Origin: Isurus oxyrinchus | Lineage: Eukaryota | DNA: 64,000 nt | Assembly: GCA_026770705.1 (NCBI GenBank) | Contig: JANJGN010000021.1 | Location: 88,412,001-88,476,000, forward strand | Direction of reading: 5' to 3' | Part shown: piece after piece, positions 12,661-23,982 of the stretch | Layout: each line of letters starts with the position of its first letter | Numbering within the stretch: position 1 is the stretch's first letter | Notes under the pieces: generated by a model | Databases searched by the model: none | What the model saw: only the letters and a program-made list of their open reading frames with translations | Told to the model about the DNA's origin: nothing | Translations under genes and position numbers: made by a program

Positions 12661-13970
12661 ATAAACCAGTTTATATTTCACCCCTTCCTGGGATTCGCCT
12701 AGTTCTGTCGAAGGGTCATGAGGACTCGAAACGTCAACTCTTTTCTTCTCCGCCGATGCTGCCAGACCTGCTGAGTTTTTCCAGGTAATTCTGTTTTTGT
12801 TTTGGATTTCTAGCATCCACAGTTTTTTGTTTTTTGTTTTTATCTCTGTGTTTAATTGACTGCCACTGCTCTTCAAGAAATGCCTACCTCCTTGAAGAAG
12901 TTCTGTTTGTCTCTGTGACAAGATTTCCGTATCTCTCTTTTGCCTTGTTCACCTTCCTTGCTTTCCATTTCTCTCCTGGTGCTTGACAAGGTGTTTACTA
13001 AAACTCGCTTTCACAGCCATATCTCCTTTCTCAGTGACTGTCTCCGTCTCCGACTTACCCCACGTGGATTTCAACTGAAATTCCACCCCTCATGTTTCGA
13101 ACCCACCCAGGATTACTGGTATTTCCGGGACATAAAAGGTTTCTCGGACTGCTGTTCCCGTCACATCCTGAGATCCACACTCAGTGCCATGCGCCGCCAT
13201 ATGAACACACTCGACCTCTCCCTCCAGCAGCACCGCCATACCCTTTTTCAAAGCTGCGCGTGCCCCCAGTTTCATTTTATTCTTCGTCTCATCCGACGCC
13301 TCAACAAGAAACTTTTTCTCTTTCTCTCAAGTGCTAAGGAACGCAAGCTCCGACAACTCATTGACACCAACACCCATCTAGGACCCTCCACCCCCACCTG
13401 TCCCTCCGTCCCCACCCCATCTTCCAATCCCAACCCCAGCCGTGTATTCACTATACCCCCTGACCTTCCCCTCTCCGACACTGAACGTTCAGTGCTCAGC
13501 AAAGGACTTCGTTTCATACCCCTACGCCCTCACCTCAATGAATTTCGGGCTCGGCATGATGCTGAACTCTTCTTCCGCCGTCTTCGTCTCCGGGCTCACT
13601 TCTTTGGGCAGGAGTCCTCTCCCCGTTCAATGGATCCTTTCACCCACCTCCAATATTCTCCTCCACCTGGACCCCTCCCTCTAGATTCTTACCTTCTCTT
13701 GATCTTTTCATTGAGAACTGTCGGCGTGACATTAGTCGTCTCAATTTCTCTGCTCCTCTCACCCATTCTAATCTGTCTCTCTCTGAACTTACTGCACTCC
13801 ATTCTCTCAGGTCCAACCCTGACATCGTCATCAAACCCGCTGACAAGGGTGGTGCTGTTGTTGTCTGGCGCACTGACCTCTACCTTGCGCAGGCTGAGCG
13901 TCAACTCGCAGACACTTCCTCCTACCTCTCCCTGGACCATGACCCCACCACTGAACATCAAGCCATTGTT
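12661..13970 (+). mobile_element. Penelope-like retroelement, 5' part (pseudo-LTR plus N-terminal ORF), 3'-truncated
   Basis: ORF 12940 encodes LSDTERSVLSKGLRFIP...FFRRLRLRAHFF. After a frameshift comes NPDIVIKPADKGGAVVVW (the PLE DKG motif, ~13815-13868). The upstream sequence matches the tails of the PLE copies at 22.0 and 37.5 kb. Confidence 0.9.
12701..12739 (+). ncRNA. Minimal type I hammerhead ribozyme motif in the PLE pseudo-LTR (variant core)
   Basis: AGTT-CTGTCGA-A-GGGTC-ATGAG-GACTC-GAAA-CG-TC-AACT: stem I AGTT/AACT, stem II GGGUC/GACUC, GAAA, palindromic ACGU stem III, UC cleavage site. The core is CUGUCGA rather than CUGANGA. Confidence 0.7.
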
Positions 13971-16682
13971 GAGCCAGGGTGAGTAATAATGGTAAAAAGT
14001 CAAATCTAAAGGATCTTTATCTGACTGCATGCAACATTTGTAACAAGGTAGATGAGTTGACGGCACAAATAGAAATAAATGAATATCACTTGATAGCTAT
14101 TACAGAGACATGGTTGCAGAGTGACCAAGACTCGGAACTCAATATTCAAGGGTACTCAATGTTCCAGTAAAATAGGCAAAAAGGAAAAGGAGGTGGGGTA
14201 GCTTTGTTAATAAAGGAAGTTATCAGTGCGGTGATGAGTAGTGATATAGATGCAATATGTTGTGATGTGGAATCAGTTTGGGTGGAAATAAGGAATAGCA
14301 AGGGAAAGAAGTCACAGGTGGGAGTCGCCTGTGGACCCCGAAGAACTGCCTCACTGTAGGACAATGTATAAATCAGGAAATAATGGAGACGTGGAAGAAG
14401 GGTGCTACAATTGTCATGGGTGATTTTAATCTGCATGTTGACTGGACAAATCAGATTGTCATGGGAAGATAAATTTGTCAAGTGCATCATGGATTGTTTC
14501 TTGGAGCAATACATTGCAGAACCAACCTGGGAACAGGTTACTTTGGATCTAGTAATGTTTAATGAGGTAGGGTTAATAAGATATCTCGTAGTTAAGGATC
14601 CTCCAGGGGGTAGCAATCATAACATGATAGGATTTCAAATTCAGTTTAAAGGCGAGCAACTTGGAACTCAAACCAGTGTCCTCGACTTAAATAAAGAAAA
14701 TTACAGAGGTATGAAGAAAGAGTTGTCTAAAGCGGGCTGGGAAAATAGACTAAGGGGAAAGTCAGTGGATGAGCAGTGGCTGACATTTAAGCAGATATTT
14801 CATAACACTCAGCAAGAATTTATCCCTGTCAAAAAGGAGGACTTGAAGAGAAGGATGAACCACCCGTGGTTAACAAAGGCGGTCAAGGGGCGTATCCAGT
14901 CAAAAACTAAGGCATACAAAATGGTGAAAACGATGGTAGGCCAGGGGATTGGGAATTTTTTTTAGGAGCCAGCAGCGGATGACTAAAAAGTAATAAAGAG
15001 GAAGAAAATTGATCATGAAAGTAAATTGGCAAGAAATATAAAAACAAACAGCAAGAGCTTCTACAGGTATATAAAAAGAAAGAGAGTAGCTAAAGTGAGT
15101 GTGACACCCTTGGAGGATGTGACTGGAGAATTGACAATGGAAAACAGGAAAATGGCAAATAATTTAAACCAATATTTTGCATTGGCCTTCACGGTGGAGG
15201 ACACTATAAATATTCCAAAGATACCAGATAAGCAAGGAGCTAATGGGAGGAAAGATCTTGTAACAGTCTCTATCACGAGGGAAAAATATTTGAGAAACTA
15301 ATGGGACTAAAGCCAGACAAGTCACCAGGATCTGATGGCCTGCATACAAAGGTTTTAACGGAAGTGGATGCAGATGTAGTGGAGGCATTGGTCAAAATAT
15401 TCCAAAACTCACTGGAGGGTCCCAACAGATTGGAAAACAGCAAATGTGACAGCCCTGTTCAAGAAGGGAGGGAAACATAAAGCAGGAAACTATAAGCCAG
15501 TCAGCCTAACATCTGCCATTGGGAAAATGCTACAGTCCATTATTAAGGAAGAAATAGCAGAACATTTAGAAAAGTTTAATGCAATCAAAAAGAGTCAACA
15601 TGGTTTTATGAAAGGGAAATCATTTTTGACACATTTGCTAGAGTTCTTTAAGGATATAACAAAGGGAACCGGTAGATACGGTGCATTTGGATTTCCAGAA
15701 GGCATTCAATAAGGTGCCACATAAAAGGTTATTGCACAAGATAAGAACTCACGGTATTGGGGGTAATGTATTAGCATGGATTGAGGATTGGTTAACACAC
15801 AGAAGGCAGAGAGTCGGGATTAATGGGTCTTTTTCAGGTTGGAAAGAGTGGGCAAAAACTTGGCAGATGGGGTTTAACGTAGGAAAGTGTGAGGTCATGC
15901 ATTTTGGTAGGAAAAGTCAAAAGGCAGACTATTATTTAAATGGAGAGATACTCCAAAAAAAAGTGCAGCACAGAGGGATCTGGGTGTTCTTGTGCATTAG
16001 ACACAGAAAGTTAGCATGCAGGTGCAGCAAGTAATTAAGAAGGCAAATTGAATTTTGCTCTGTATTGCTAGGGGGTTGGAGTTTAAAAATAAGGAAGCCT
16101 TATTACAACTGTACAGGGTGTTGGTGAGGCTGCACCTGGAATGTTGCATGCAGTTTTGGTCCCCATTTAAGAAAGGATATACTGGCATTGGAGGCAGTTC
16201 AAAAGAGATTCATTAGGCTGATTCCTGGGATGAAGTGGTTGACTTATCAAGAACGGCTAAACAGGGTAGGCCTTTATTCATTAGAGTTTAGAAGAATGAG
16301 GGATGATCTTATTGAAACGTACAAGATTCTGAGCGACTTGACAGGGTAGATGTTGAGAAGATGTTTCCACTAGTGGGGGAATCTTGAACAAAGGGACATA
16401 GTTACAGAATAAGGGGGCACTCATTTAAAACTGAGATGCAAAGGAATTTCTTCCCTCAGGGTAGTGAATGTCTGGAATTTTCTACCCCAGAGAGTTGTGC
16501 AGGCTGGATCATGGAAAGTATTTAAAGAGGAGGTAGATCGATTTTTAAAATACTGGGGAGTTGAGGGCTATGAGGAGCTGACCCAAAAGAGGAGTTGAGG
16601 CCTGGGGAAGATCAGCCGTGATCTTACTGAATGGCAGGGCAGGCTTGAGGGGCAAATGGCCTATTCCTGCTCCTATTTCTTA
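13971..16682 (+). mobile_element. CR1-clade LINE ORF2 (APE endonuclease + RT), decayed, with internal deletion
   Basis: IAITETWL, GGSNHNMI, YKPVSLTS, QHGFMKGKS and LDFQKAFNKVPH motifs. The 3' end is GGCCTATTCCTGCTCCTATTTCTTAT. Stops and frameshifts present. Confidence 0.92.
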
Positions 16683-16684
16683 TA

Positions 16685-16912
16685 TTTCAGCTGTCAAGGG
16701 CCTAACCTCTGGAATTCCATCTGTAATCCTCTTGACCTCTTTTTCTTCTTTTAAACATTCCTTAAAACCTACCTCTTTGACCAAGCTTTTGGTCATATGG
16801 CCTAATGTCCCCTTATGTAATTCAGTGTCATATTTTGCATTCTAATGCTACCGTGAAGCATTTTGAGATGTTTAATTACATCACGGGTGTTCTATCAATG
16901 CATGATGTTGCT
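16685..16912 (+). mobile_element. L2 LINE 3' end remnant
   Basis: CTCTGGAATTCC...CTTAAAACCTACCTCTTTGACCAAGCTTTTGGTCA, shared with the copies at 19.3, 27.2 and 42.2 kb. Confidence 0.7.
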
Positions 16913-17599
16913 ATCAATCACCAGTTCCTCTTGCAAATGGACTGTGCAAATGACTTTGCTTGACTCGACTCATATACTTTTCTCCATATAAAATGTCTTA
17001 TTAAAGCCCTCATCCTTCTCTCCTCCACCCTCAGCTCACCCCCACCTGAAACAGATGCATTACTGTAAACTTACACTACTTTCTAAACCAGATTAAAGTG
17101 TATACAGGGACATTTCACACTATAAGTGTAGTTATCAAGAGCTTGTATGATAGAAAATAGAACCCTACCTTCTTCAGGGATACAATGCTAATATCAAGGC
17201 CCTCCACAAACCATCAATCATATACTTCAGATGTGGTGTAAAGCACTCTCCACTCTGTCCCAACAGCGTATGGAGACTCCACAATCAGAAGATTGTATCA
17301 TAGGGCACAAATCTGCTATTTTCTACTTTCCACATCGGGCAGCATGCCAGTACCCTGACTGACATTGCCAACTTAAAAGGAAACCTTTCACTTCAGAACT
17401 CCTGCTAAGTGTTGGGAGAATATTTTGAATTGTGTAAAACCAATCTATGATTTTCCATACTACTCCTTTCTCTGTCATTTGTGGGCCAGTCCAGTTTAAA
17501 AGAGAATAATAGTACACAATTTTAAAGGTTGAGTGCAAGGGGTGTCAGTGAAATATTATTTTTAAATAAGGGAGTAACTAACCGCTCGGCTTGACTCAC

Positions 17600-17866
17600 C
17601 GTAAATAGTAAGAGAATATGACTTGTTCTTCTTACTAACAGGGTTTTCCATGGTGCAAGTGTAGATTCCACAGTCTGATTTTATGACTTTGGAAATAATC
17701 AACGTGTTGTTTTGCAATAACTGGTAACGTTGACCATTTGTTAACTCTTTGTCATCTTTCCGCCACAGAATGGAATTCGCTTTCCCCTCAGATACTTGAC
17801 AGGTTAGTTCAATGGTGGTACCCACACAGGTAGAATTATTGGCAATCAAGGGTTGAGAAAGTGGTT
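17600..17866 (-). CDS. Ig C2/I-set domain exon of a CD2/SLAM/CEACAM-like gene (exon 3 of the minus-strand gene)
   Basis: ttcag acceptor and gtgagt donor; 267 nt; phase 1-1. Translation (E)PLSQPLIANNSTCVGTTIELTCQVSEGKANSILWRKDDKEL...DCGIYTCTMENPVSKKNKSYSLTIY has the canonical C, W and YxC. Confidence 0.9.
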
Positions 17867-19084
17867 CTGAAGAGATAAATATGTCTGAGCATTAAGACAA
17901 CATTATTGCTTTGCATTCTGTTAGCATTGTTAATAAGAACTCTTTCACACGTATCTCATAAAGCTTCAACCCGGAGATGAATTTCTGATGCCATAATCCT
18001 ATCTTATCCTACACTCCATCTCTGTAACATTGTCCTGCTTTGCCTGTACTTCAGCCCAGCTGTTACACTCAGCCATCAGTCTGACTCCAGTCTCGACTAT
18101 TCCAATGTTCTCCTAACTTCCACTCACCAGAAACTTCAGCTCATCTGTAACTCTTCTGCTTGTATCCTATCTCTTGCCAAATCCCTGTTATACATCTGGT
18201 CTGTCCTCACTGGCCTATATTGACTCCCATCCTTCAAAGCCTTAAATTTAAATTTCTCATTCTGCTGTTTAAACTTTTCTCCACTGCTTTTAGTCACATA
18301 CCTCCCACACTCAGGAGTTTACAGGTCCTTAAACTGTTCTGCTTGTTCTCCTCAAATTCAGCCTCTGAACAATCTTTTGATGACTCCTAATATGCATGGA
18401 TACAAAATTGATTCGCTGACAGGAATCTAGTGTTTAGGGTAATGGGCATTGCTTGGTGCTGGCTCCAATCCCTATACGGATGGTTTGGGCTAGGACATTA
18501 GGTGCACAATACTGACATTTGCTGTTGACACAAAACTAAGTTGAAGTAAGCTAGACTATTAAAGACTCATCAAAGACAGAAACAGGTTAGCAGAATAGAC
18601 AGACAGGTGCAATTTAATGTGAAAAGGTGCAAGATAATTCATCTTAGAGGACAAACAAGTAGTGGAACTCCGCACACAAATCAAAGACACGAATGGTGAA
18701 GACCAACAGAGAACTGGACACGAATAAATATTTTCTGGGAATTGCAAATGCAAGAAGGTAATGCCATCAAAAAAGTTTAATAGTATTTTGTGTCATAAAC
18801 AAGGTTGTAGATCATCACAAAAAGGATATTAAAGCTATGGAGTGTGCACTGCCTAGACTCAGAAGGATGGTACTACCAATGAGAAACTATCATATGAGGT
18901 TGGGTGCAGGAGAAACAAGAATAAGTCATTCAGCCCTCTGAGCCTGTTCTGCCAATCAATTAGATCATAGCTGACATGCATTTCAGTTCCATTTTTCCAC
19001 CATCTCTCTATTTCTTGGGATACTCTCCCCAACAAAAACCAAATGAATGATCTCAGTCAAGCTTGGACAATTTGAGCCTTCAGA

Positions 19085-19515
19085 GTCTTGTCGCCTATCA
19101 CCTTTGAGTTTACTGATCTGCACTGGCAGTCAAGCAATGGTTCAATTTTAAAATTCTCAATTTTGTTTTCAAATCCATTCTTGGCTTCAGCCCTCCTTAT
19201 CTGTTATCACCTCCAACTCACTGAGATATCTTCACTCCTCTAATAATTATAATCATTAAATCTCCAATTTTAATTGCTCTAGCATTTGATTCCCATGCCT
19301 TCAGCTGTCGAGGGCCTAACCTCTGGAATTCCATCCCTAGTCCTCTTTGCTTTTCTTTCCTTTTTAAAACCTACCTCTTTGACCAAGCTTTTGGTCATAT
19401 GCCCGAATGTCACCTTGTGTAGTCCAATGTCATATTTTGCATTCTAATGCTGCTGCGCAGCATCTTGGGATATTTAATTACAATACAGGTGCTATATCAA
19501 TACAAGTGTTGTTAT
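19085..19515 (+). mobile_element. L2 LINE 3' fragment
   Basis: Degenerate LHWLPV..FKIL coding region and an L2 tail ending GGTGCTATATCAATACAAGTGTTGTT. Confidence 0.7.
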
Positions 19516-21487
19516 TAATCATCAGTTCCTCTTGCAAGTGGACTGAGCAAATTGCTTTGTTTGACTTGATGCATCTTGTCTTATATCTTCTTGTGGTGAT
19601 AACATGGCCTGGGGTGTAACCACCACATCCTCTTACGATGTGAACTGGATGTTTTTTGTATTTTATAAATGACCCTTCATTCCTCTCCAATCTTCCCAAA
19701 CATTAGATGAGGTCCGACATGAATCATGAGGCTGCTCTACTTTCCAGACAGAACTGAACTTAAGAGCACCAGCTGGAGTCAAACTCAAATAGCACACCGA
19801 CCAACGCTTCATTTTGTTGTAACTTCGCAACACTATTCTACTGAATAATCTGGTTTTCAATGTAACTAATGTTTGTAAGAAACTGAATCCCTGCATTTTG
19901 GCCTACAGCTCTGCCTTTTCTTCTGTCGGTGATGATTTTCCAACACTGATTACTCCCCCTCCCCTTCTTCTGCAGAGACCTGCCAAATCCAGACAATGAT
20001 CCTGACTGAGTTCCAGTGAAAAACAATGGCCTAGGTCTTCAGATTGGAATAATGGGAAACATTCAGGCGTTTGCTGCTGTTAAGAATCTGGAACCAGGGG
20101 ATGTCCTGACATGTGTGGCCCCTAAGCGGGAATTTCAAACTTCCAAAGGGCAGAGATAAACTGCTCGTACCCCTCCACGGATGCCTCGGACAAGAAACCC
20201 TGCCCTTGGAGAATTAGGCTAGACACCCGGAGCTTGTTCAGAAATTTACTCCAGGATGCGTCGACCTGCAGGCGTAGGACTGTGATTTACAGAGAAAGCT
20301 GTGTTGGGGAAGGCTCCTCCTTTATGCAAAATGTATTTAAAAGCAAGTTTGTAGCATAATCGACACACACACATCCCGCCCCAACCTCCATCCACAGCCC
20401 CCACTAAGTTCAGCCGTACAAACACATTGGAAAGCTGGGTTGAATCTAAAAACCATTGTATAAACATTCTGAACCCGCAAGCCTCATTATGACGATGCTC
20501 CAAAAGGCATTAGGCTCAGTAGTATAAACACAGTGGCAACTAAACGAAAGCCCTTACTAGAACTGTTTCACTGCAACTTCTCCTGACACTATGGGCGGAA
20601 TTTTCCGGCCCCGCTCGCCGGCGGGATTTTCTGAACAGCTCGTCGCATGTTTCTCAGCCCTCCTGCCCTCTGCGTTTAGCTCACTAGTAGCAGTTTTAAG
20701 GCATGTTACACAGAGGTCCCCTGTGAGCAGCATGGTCTGAAATCCCAAAATGGAGCACTTAACCTCAATCCTGAAACTGTTTACCTTTTTCCTTCACTAC
20801 CCATGTCATACCCCCTGTTAAAAGTTTCAAATTGTCTGGTTTGAAAAAGAGTTCTTTTTGCCTTAACCTTACACATGCTGACTCACAATCCCTGGCTGAT
20901 TCCTCCATGGGATGATGAACATGCCACAATAACAGAGGGATTTCATTTCAATAATTACAACCTTTCCCTCCTCGGATCAGTGGTTTAACCACTTCTAGTA
21001 GGGCAATCCAAACCAACGGGGCGCTAACTTACAATTAGAGCTAGGCCAAATTAGTAGTGTAATTAGCAAAGCATTTTACTCCCACGCACAGAGTAGAGGA
21101 AATATGCTGTTTGAGTCTGTGAATTGGGTTGCCAACTGTGATTAAATCGGCCATCAATCCATCCTGTGACAAGCTGCCTTCCTTTGCCAACTGGAAGCAA
21201 AAAGACTTTGTCCGATGAGATGATAGTTGACTGTCAGCCAAACAGCCTTTTCCCCCATTTTCAATATTTTATATTTGGTAAAGAGAAATGCTGACAGAAA
21301 GTTAGAAAATAAGCTATCTTTTTTGATGTCCCGATCATATTTCTCCAGGATTGCACATAGTGGTGTCCTGGAAATTGACCTTCAATCCCTAGAGACTCCA
21401 GGCCAACCCCCTACTCTAGCTGCCAATGCTGAGTTAATGGAAACTTCTAAGATTGAGATTGATTTTTGTTTGAGCGACATCATTTTA

Positions 21488-22082
21488 ACTGGAGGAACAG
21501 CACCTCATCTTCCGATTAGGCACTTTACAGCCTTCCGGACTTAACTTTAAGTTCAACAACTTCAGATTATGAACTCTCTCCTCCATCCCCACCCCCTTTC
21601 CGATCCCCCTTTTTCCAATAATTTATAATTTAAAAAAATATTTATTTTTTAAAATATATTTTTCTTTTCCCACCTATTGTTATTATTTTTAAATTTATTT
21701 CCATCCATTGTTTTATCTCTACATTTTAGCCTATTCCAATCCCTTCACCCCACCCCCACTAAGGTTATCTGTCCCTTGCTCATCCTGCTTTCTACCCTTA
21801 ATGTCACCATTGGCACATTCTTTAGCTAATATTACCACCGTCAACACCCCTTTGACCTTTATGACATCTTTGTCAATCTCTCCTTTGCTTTCACCTATCA
21901 CTAGCCCTCTATCCAGCTCTACCTGTCCCACCCCCACCCCCTCCCCTTAAACAGCTTATATTTCACCACATTTCTATTTCCCTTTAGTTCTGAAGTGTCA
22001 AACAGACTCGAAACATTAACTCTGTCTTCCTCTCCACAGATGCTGTCAGACCTGCTGAGTTTTTCCAGCAATTTTTGTTTCG
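21488..22082 (+). mobile_element. Penelope-like element 3' end (end of GIY-YIG ORF, UTR, pseudo-LTR with degenerate hammerhead at ~21986-22021)
   Basis: CTGGAGGAACAGCACCTCATCTTCCGATTAGGCACTTTACAGCC (LEEQHLIFRLGTLQP) is colinear with 36901 onward. Confidence 0.85.
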
Positions 22083-22118
22083 GTTCACTTTCAAAGTGAT
22101 AGTATCGAAATGACTTAC

Positions 22119-22424
22119 CAACGAGTTTCAGGTATGTAGTCCATTTCCATTTCTCACCTACAGTGAAGGTGTAAACCCCTTGGTCACCGGGGTTTAAATT
22201 ATTTAACGTCAGTGATCCAATGGACGAATTGAAATGTAAGCGAGATTTGAAATGGTTATTTGGCTCCTCCATTGGGTAGTTTGGTACGTAATCCAAGATC
22301 ATCACAAGGTTCCCATTGCTGCCAGTGAAACTCCAAATAATTTCACTGTTGCTGAGATTAGCTTCATGTTCAGGATCCAGTAAAACCGATGAACCAATGG
22401 CAGCAAACATTTCTTTTCTTCCAG
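22119..22424 (-). CDS. IgV-set domain exon lacking the canonical disulfide (CD2/SLAM/CEACAM-type N-domain); exon 2 of the minus-strand gene
   Basis: aatcag acceptor and gtaagt donor; 306 nt; phase 1-1. Translation GRKEMFAAIGSSVLLDP...IIWSF...FKSRLHFNSSIGSLTLNNLNPGDQGVYTFTV...YLKLV splices in frame to 17866. Confidence 0.88.
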
Positions 22425-22529
22425 CTGATTAACATAAAACAACCAGTTTATTCCTTTAAAGTGTGACAGTGAAACACTGGAATTCAGTGCTCTTTTGTCC
22501 TTCCTGCCCTTCTTCCCCCTTTCACCGAA

Positions 22530-22655
22530 ACTGACTTTATAAACTCTTACATTTCTACCTTGCTTCGGGTCATCTTGACCCCGAACCATTAACTCTTGTT
22601 TCTCTCCACGGGTACTGCCTGACCTGCTGAGTGTTTCCAGCCTCTTCTGCTTTCA
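22530..22655 (+). mobile_element. Degenerate PLE pseudo-LTR remnant
   Basis: GGGTCATCTTGACCCCGAACCATTAACTC...CTGCCTGACCTGCTGAGTGTTTCCAGC resembles the other pseudo-LTR copies. Confidence 0.6.
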
Positions 22656-22704
22656 TCACTGAAATGCAGCTGCAGTTGTGAAGGAAGCATGAAAGACAGA
22701 CCCT

Positions 22705-23042
22705 CATTTATAGGGAGTCTTTCACGACCTCAGTGCATCCAAAAGCTCCATGCAGCCCACTGAAGTATGTTACGAAGCGCAGTCGCTGTTATAATGTAGA
22801 AAACGTGACTTGTCAGTTTATGCACAGCAAGATCCCACAAGCAGTAGTGTGATAACAACTAGGTAATCTGGTTTTGGCACATTGACTTGAGGGATGAATG
22901 TTAGCCACAACACTGGGGATAACTCCCACGCTCCTTCTTTGCAAAGGCCATGGGATCTTTCACATGTACATTGACAGCAACTGGGCTCTCAGTTTAACAC
23001 CTCATCTGAAAGATGGCACCTCTGACTGTGCTGAACTCCCTT
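22705..23042 (-). mobile_element. Deu-domain SINE (SacSINE/AmnSINE-like) fragment
   Basis: The reverse complement contains CACAGTCAGAGGTGCCATCTTTCAGATGAGGTGTTAAACTGAG and AAAGATCCCATGGC, recalled as Deu-SINE core motifs. Confidence 0.65.
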
Positions 23043-23139
23043 GGAGGGAGGAGGAGAGGGAAGGGGAGGGGCATGCTGAGCAGGATGAAGAGCCCTGAAA
23101 GAGGCAGCTGGGAAGGAGCAACAGAGCCCGGTGGGGAGG

Positions 23140-23650
23140 GGTGGGAGGAAAGGGCCCTGGAGGGAACAGATAGGCCTTTCTGCAGCCATAGATGTGACTC
23201 CAGGATCCCTGGCGCCAGGATCAAGGATGTCACTGAATGGCTGCTGGACATTCTGAAGGGCGAGGGTGAGCAGCCAGAGGTTGTGGTCCATATTAGTGCC
23301 AATGACATGGTTAAAAAGAGGGATGAGGTCCTGAGAGCAGAATATAGGGAGCTAAGAAATAAATTAAAAAGCAGGACCCCAAAGGTAGTAATCTCAGGAT
23401 TACTCATAGTGCCATGCGCTAGCGTAATCAGGAATAGGAGAATAGATCAGATGAAAGCATGGCTGGAGCGATGGTGTAGGAGGGAGGGATTTAGATTCCC
23501 GAGGCATAGGACTGATTCTGGGGAAGATGGGACCTGTACAAGTTGGACGGGTTGCACCCCAGCAAGATTGTGACCAATACCCTCACAAGGGCATTCGCTA
23601 GTACTGTGGGGGAAGGGCTAACTAAATTGGCAGGGGGATGGGAACATGAG
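23140..23650 (+). mobile_element. CR1 ORF1 SGNH-esterase fragment
   Basis: GTDRPFC...PGARIKDVTE...VVVHISAND...VVISGLL...WLERWCRREGFRF...DGLHP; homologous to 52.7-53.2 kb. Confidence 0.85.
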
Positions 23651-23740
23651 CGGGGAAGCGGAGAATTTGGGGGGGAAGGGGCGGGGACGGAGAGTTTGGG
23701 GGGGAAAAGGGCGGGGACAGAGAGTTTGGGGGAGGCAAAG
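23650..23740 (+). repeat. 30-bp G-rich minisatellite, 3 copies
   Basis: GCGGGGACGGAGAGTTTGGGGGGGAAAAGG-like unit repeated three times. Confidence 0.75.
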
Positions 23741-23931
23741 GTGGACGAATGAAATCTTTGCAACAATAACTTCCAACCCTGAACTTGCCCGAGAGATCCC
23801 GCTTCTCAGTTACTCTGATATCCCTCTGCAGGGGGTGGGGGGGGTGGACTGTGACCAACCCTCTCTCCCATTCCCCGTCCCCTTTCCCAGACCCTGCAGG
23901 AATCCCTCTGTTTCCCCACTCAGACCCTCAC

Positions 23932-23982
23932 CTTCCGCATGGAGCGGCCGAGCAGCAACAGGGGAGGCAACGGGCGACCCAT
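23932..23982 (-). CDS. Candidate signal-peptide exon 1 of the minus-strand Ig gene (1 nt short of frame)
   Basis: ATG GGT CGC CCG TTG CCT CCC CTG TTG CTG CTC GGC (MGRPLPPLLLLG) ends at AAG|gtgagg in a CpG-rich region. It is 51 nt (phase 0), while the V exon needs phase 1. Confidence 0.6.

Noticed and set aside
12940-13986. 348-aa ORF as a host gene
   Set aside because: It is a PLE N-terminal region that drifts out of frame near 13670 and lacks the RT core.
16920-17045. Possible terminal exon of the minus-strand gene (ctgtttcag acceptor near 17046)
   Set aside because: The translation GGGELRVEERRMRALIRHF... has no TM or GPI character; an acceptor-like motif alone is not enough.
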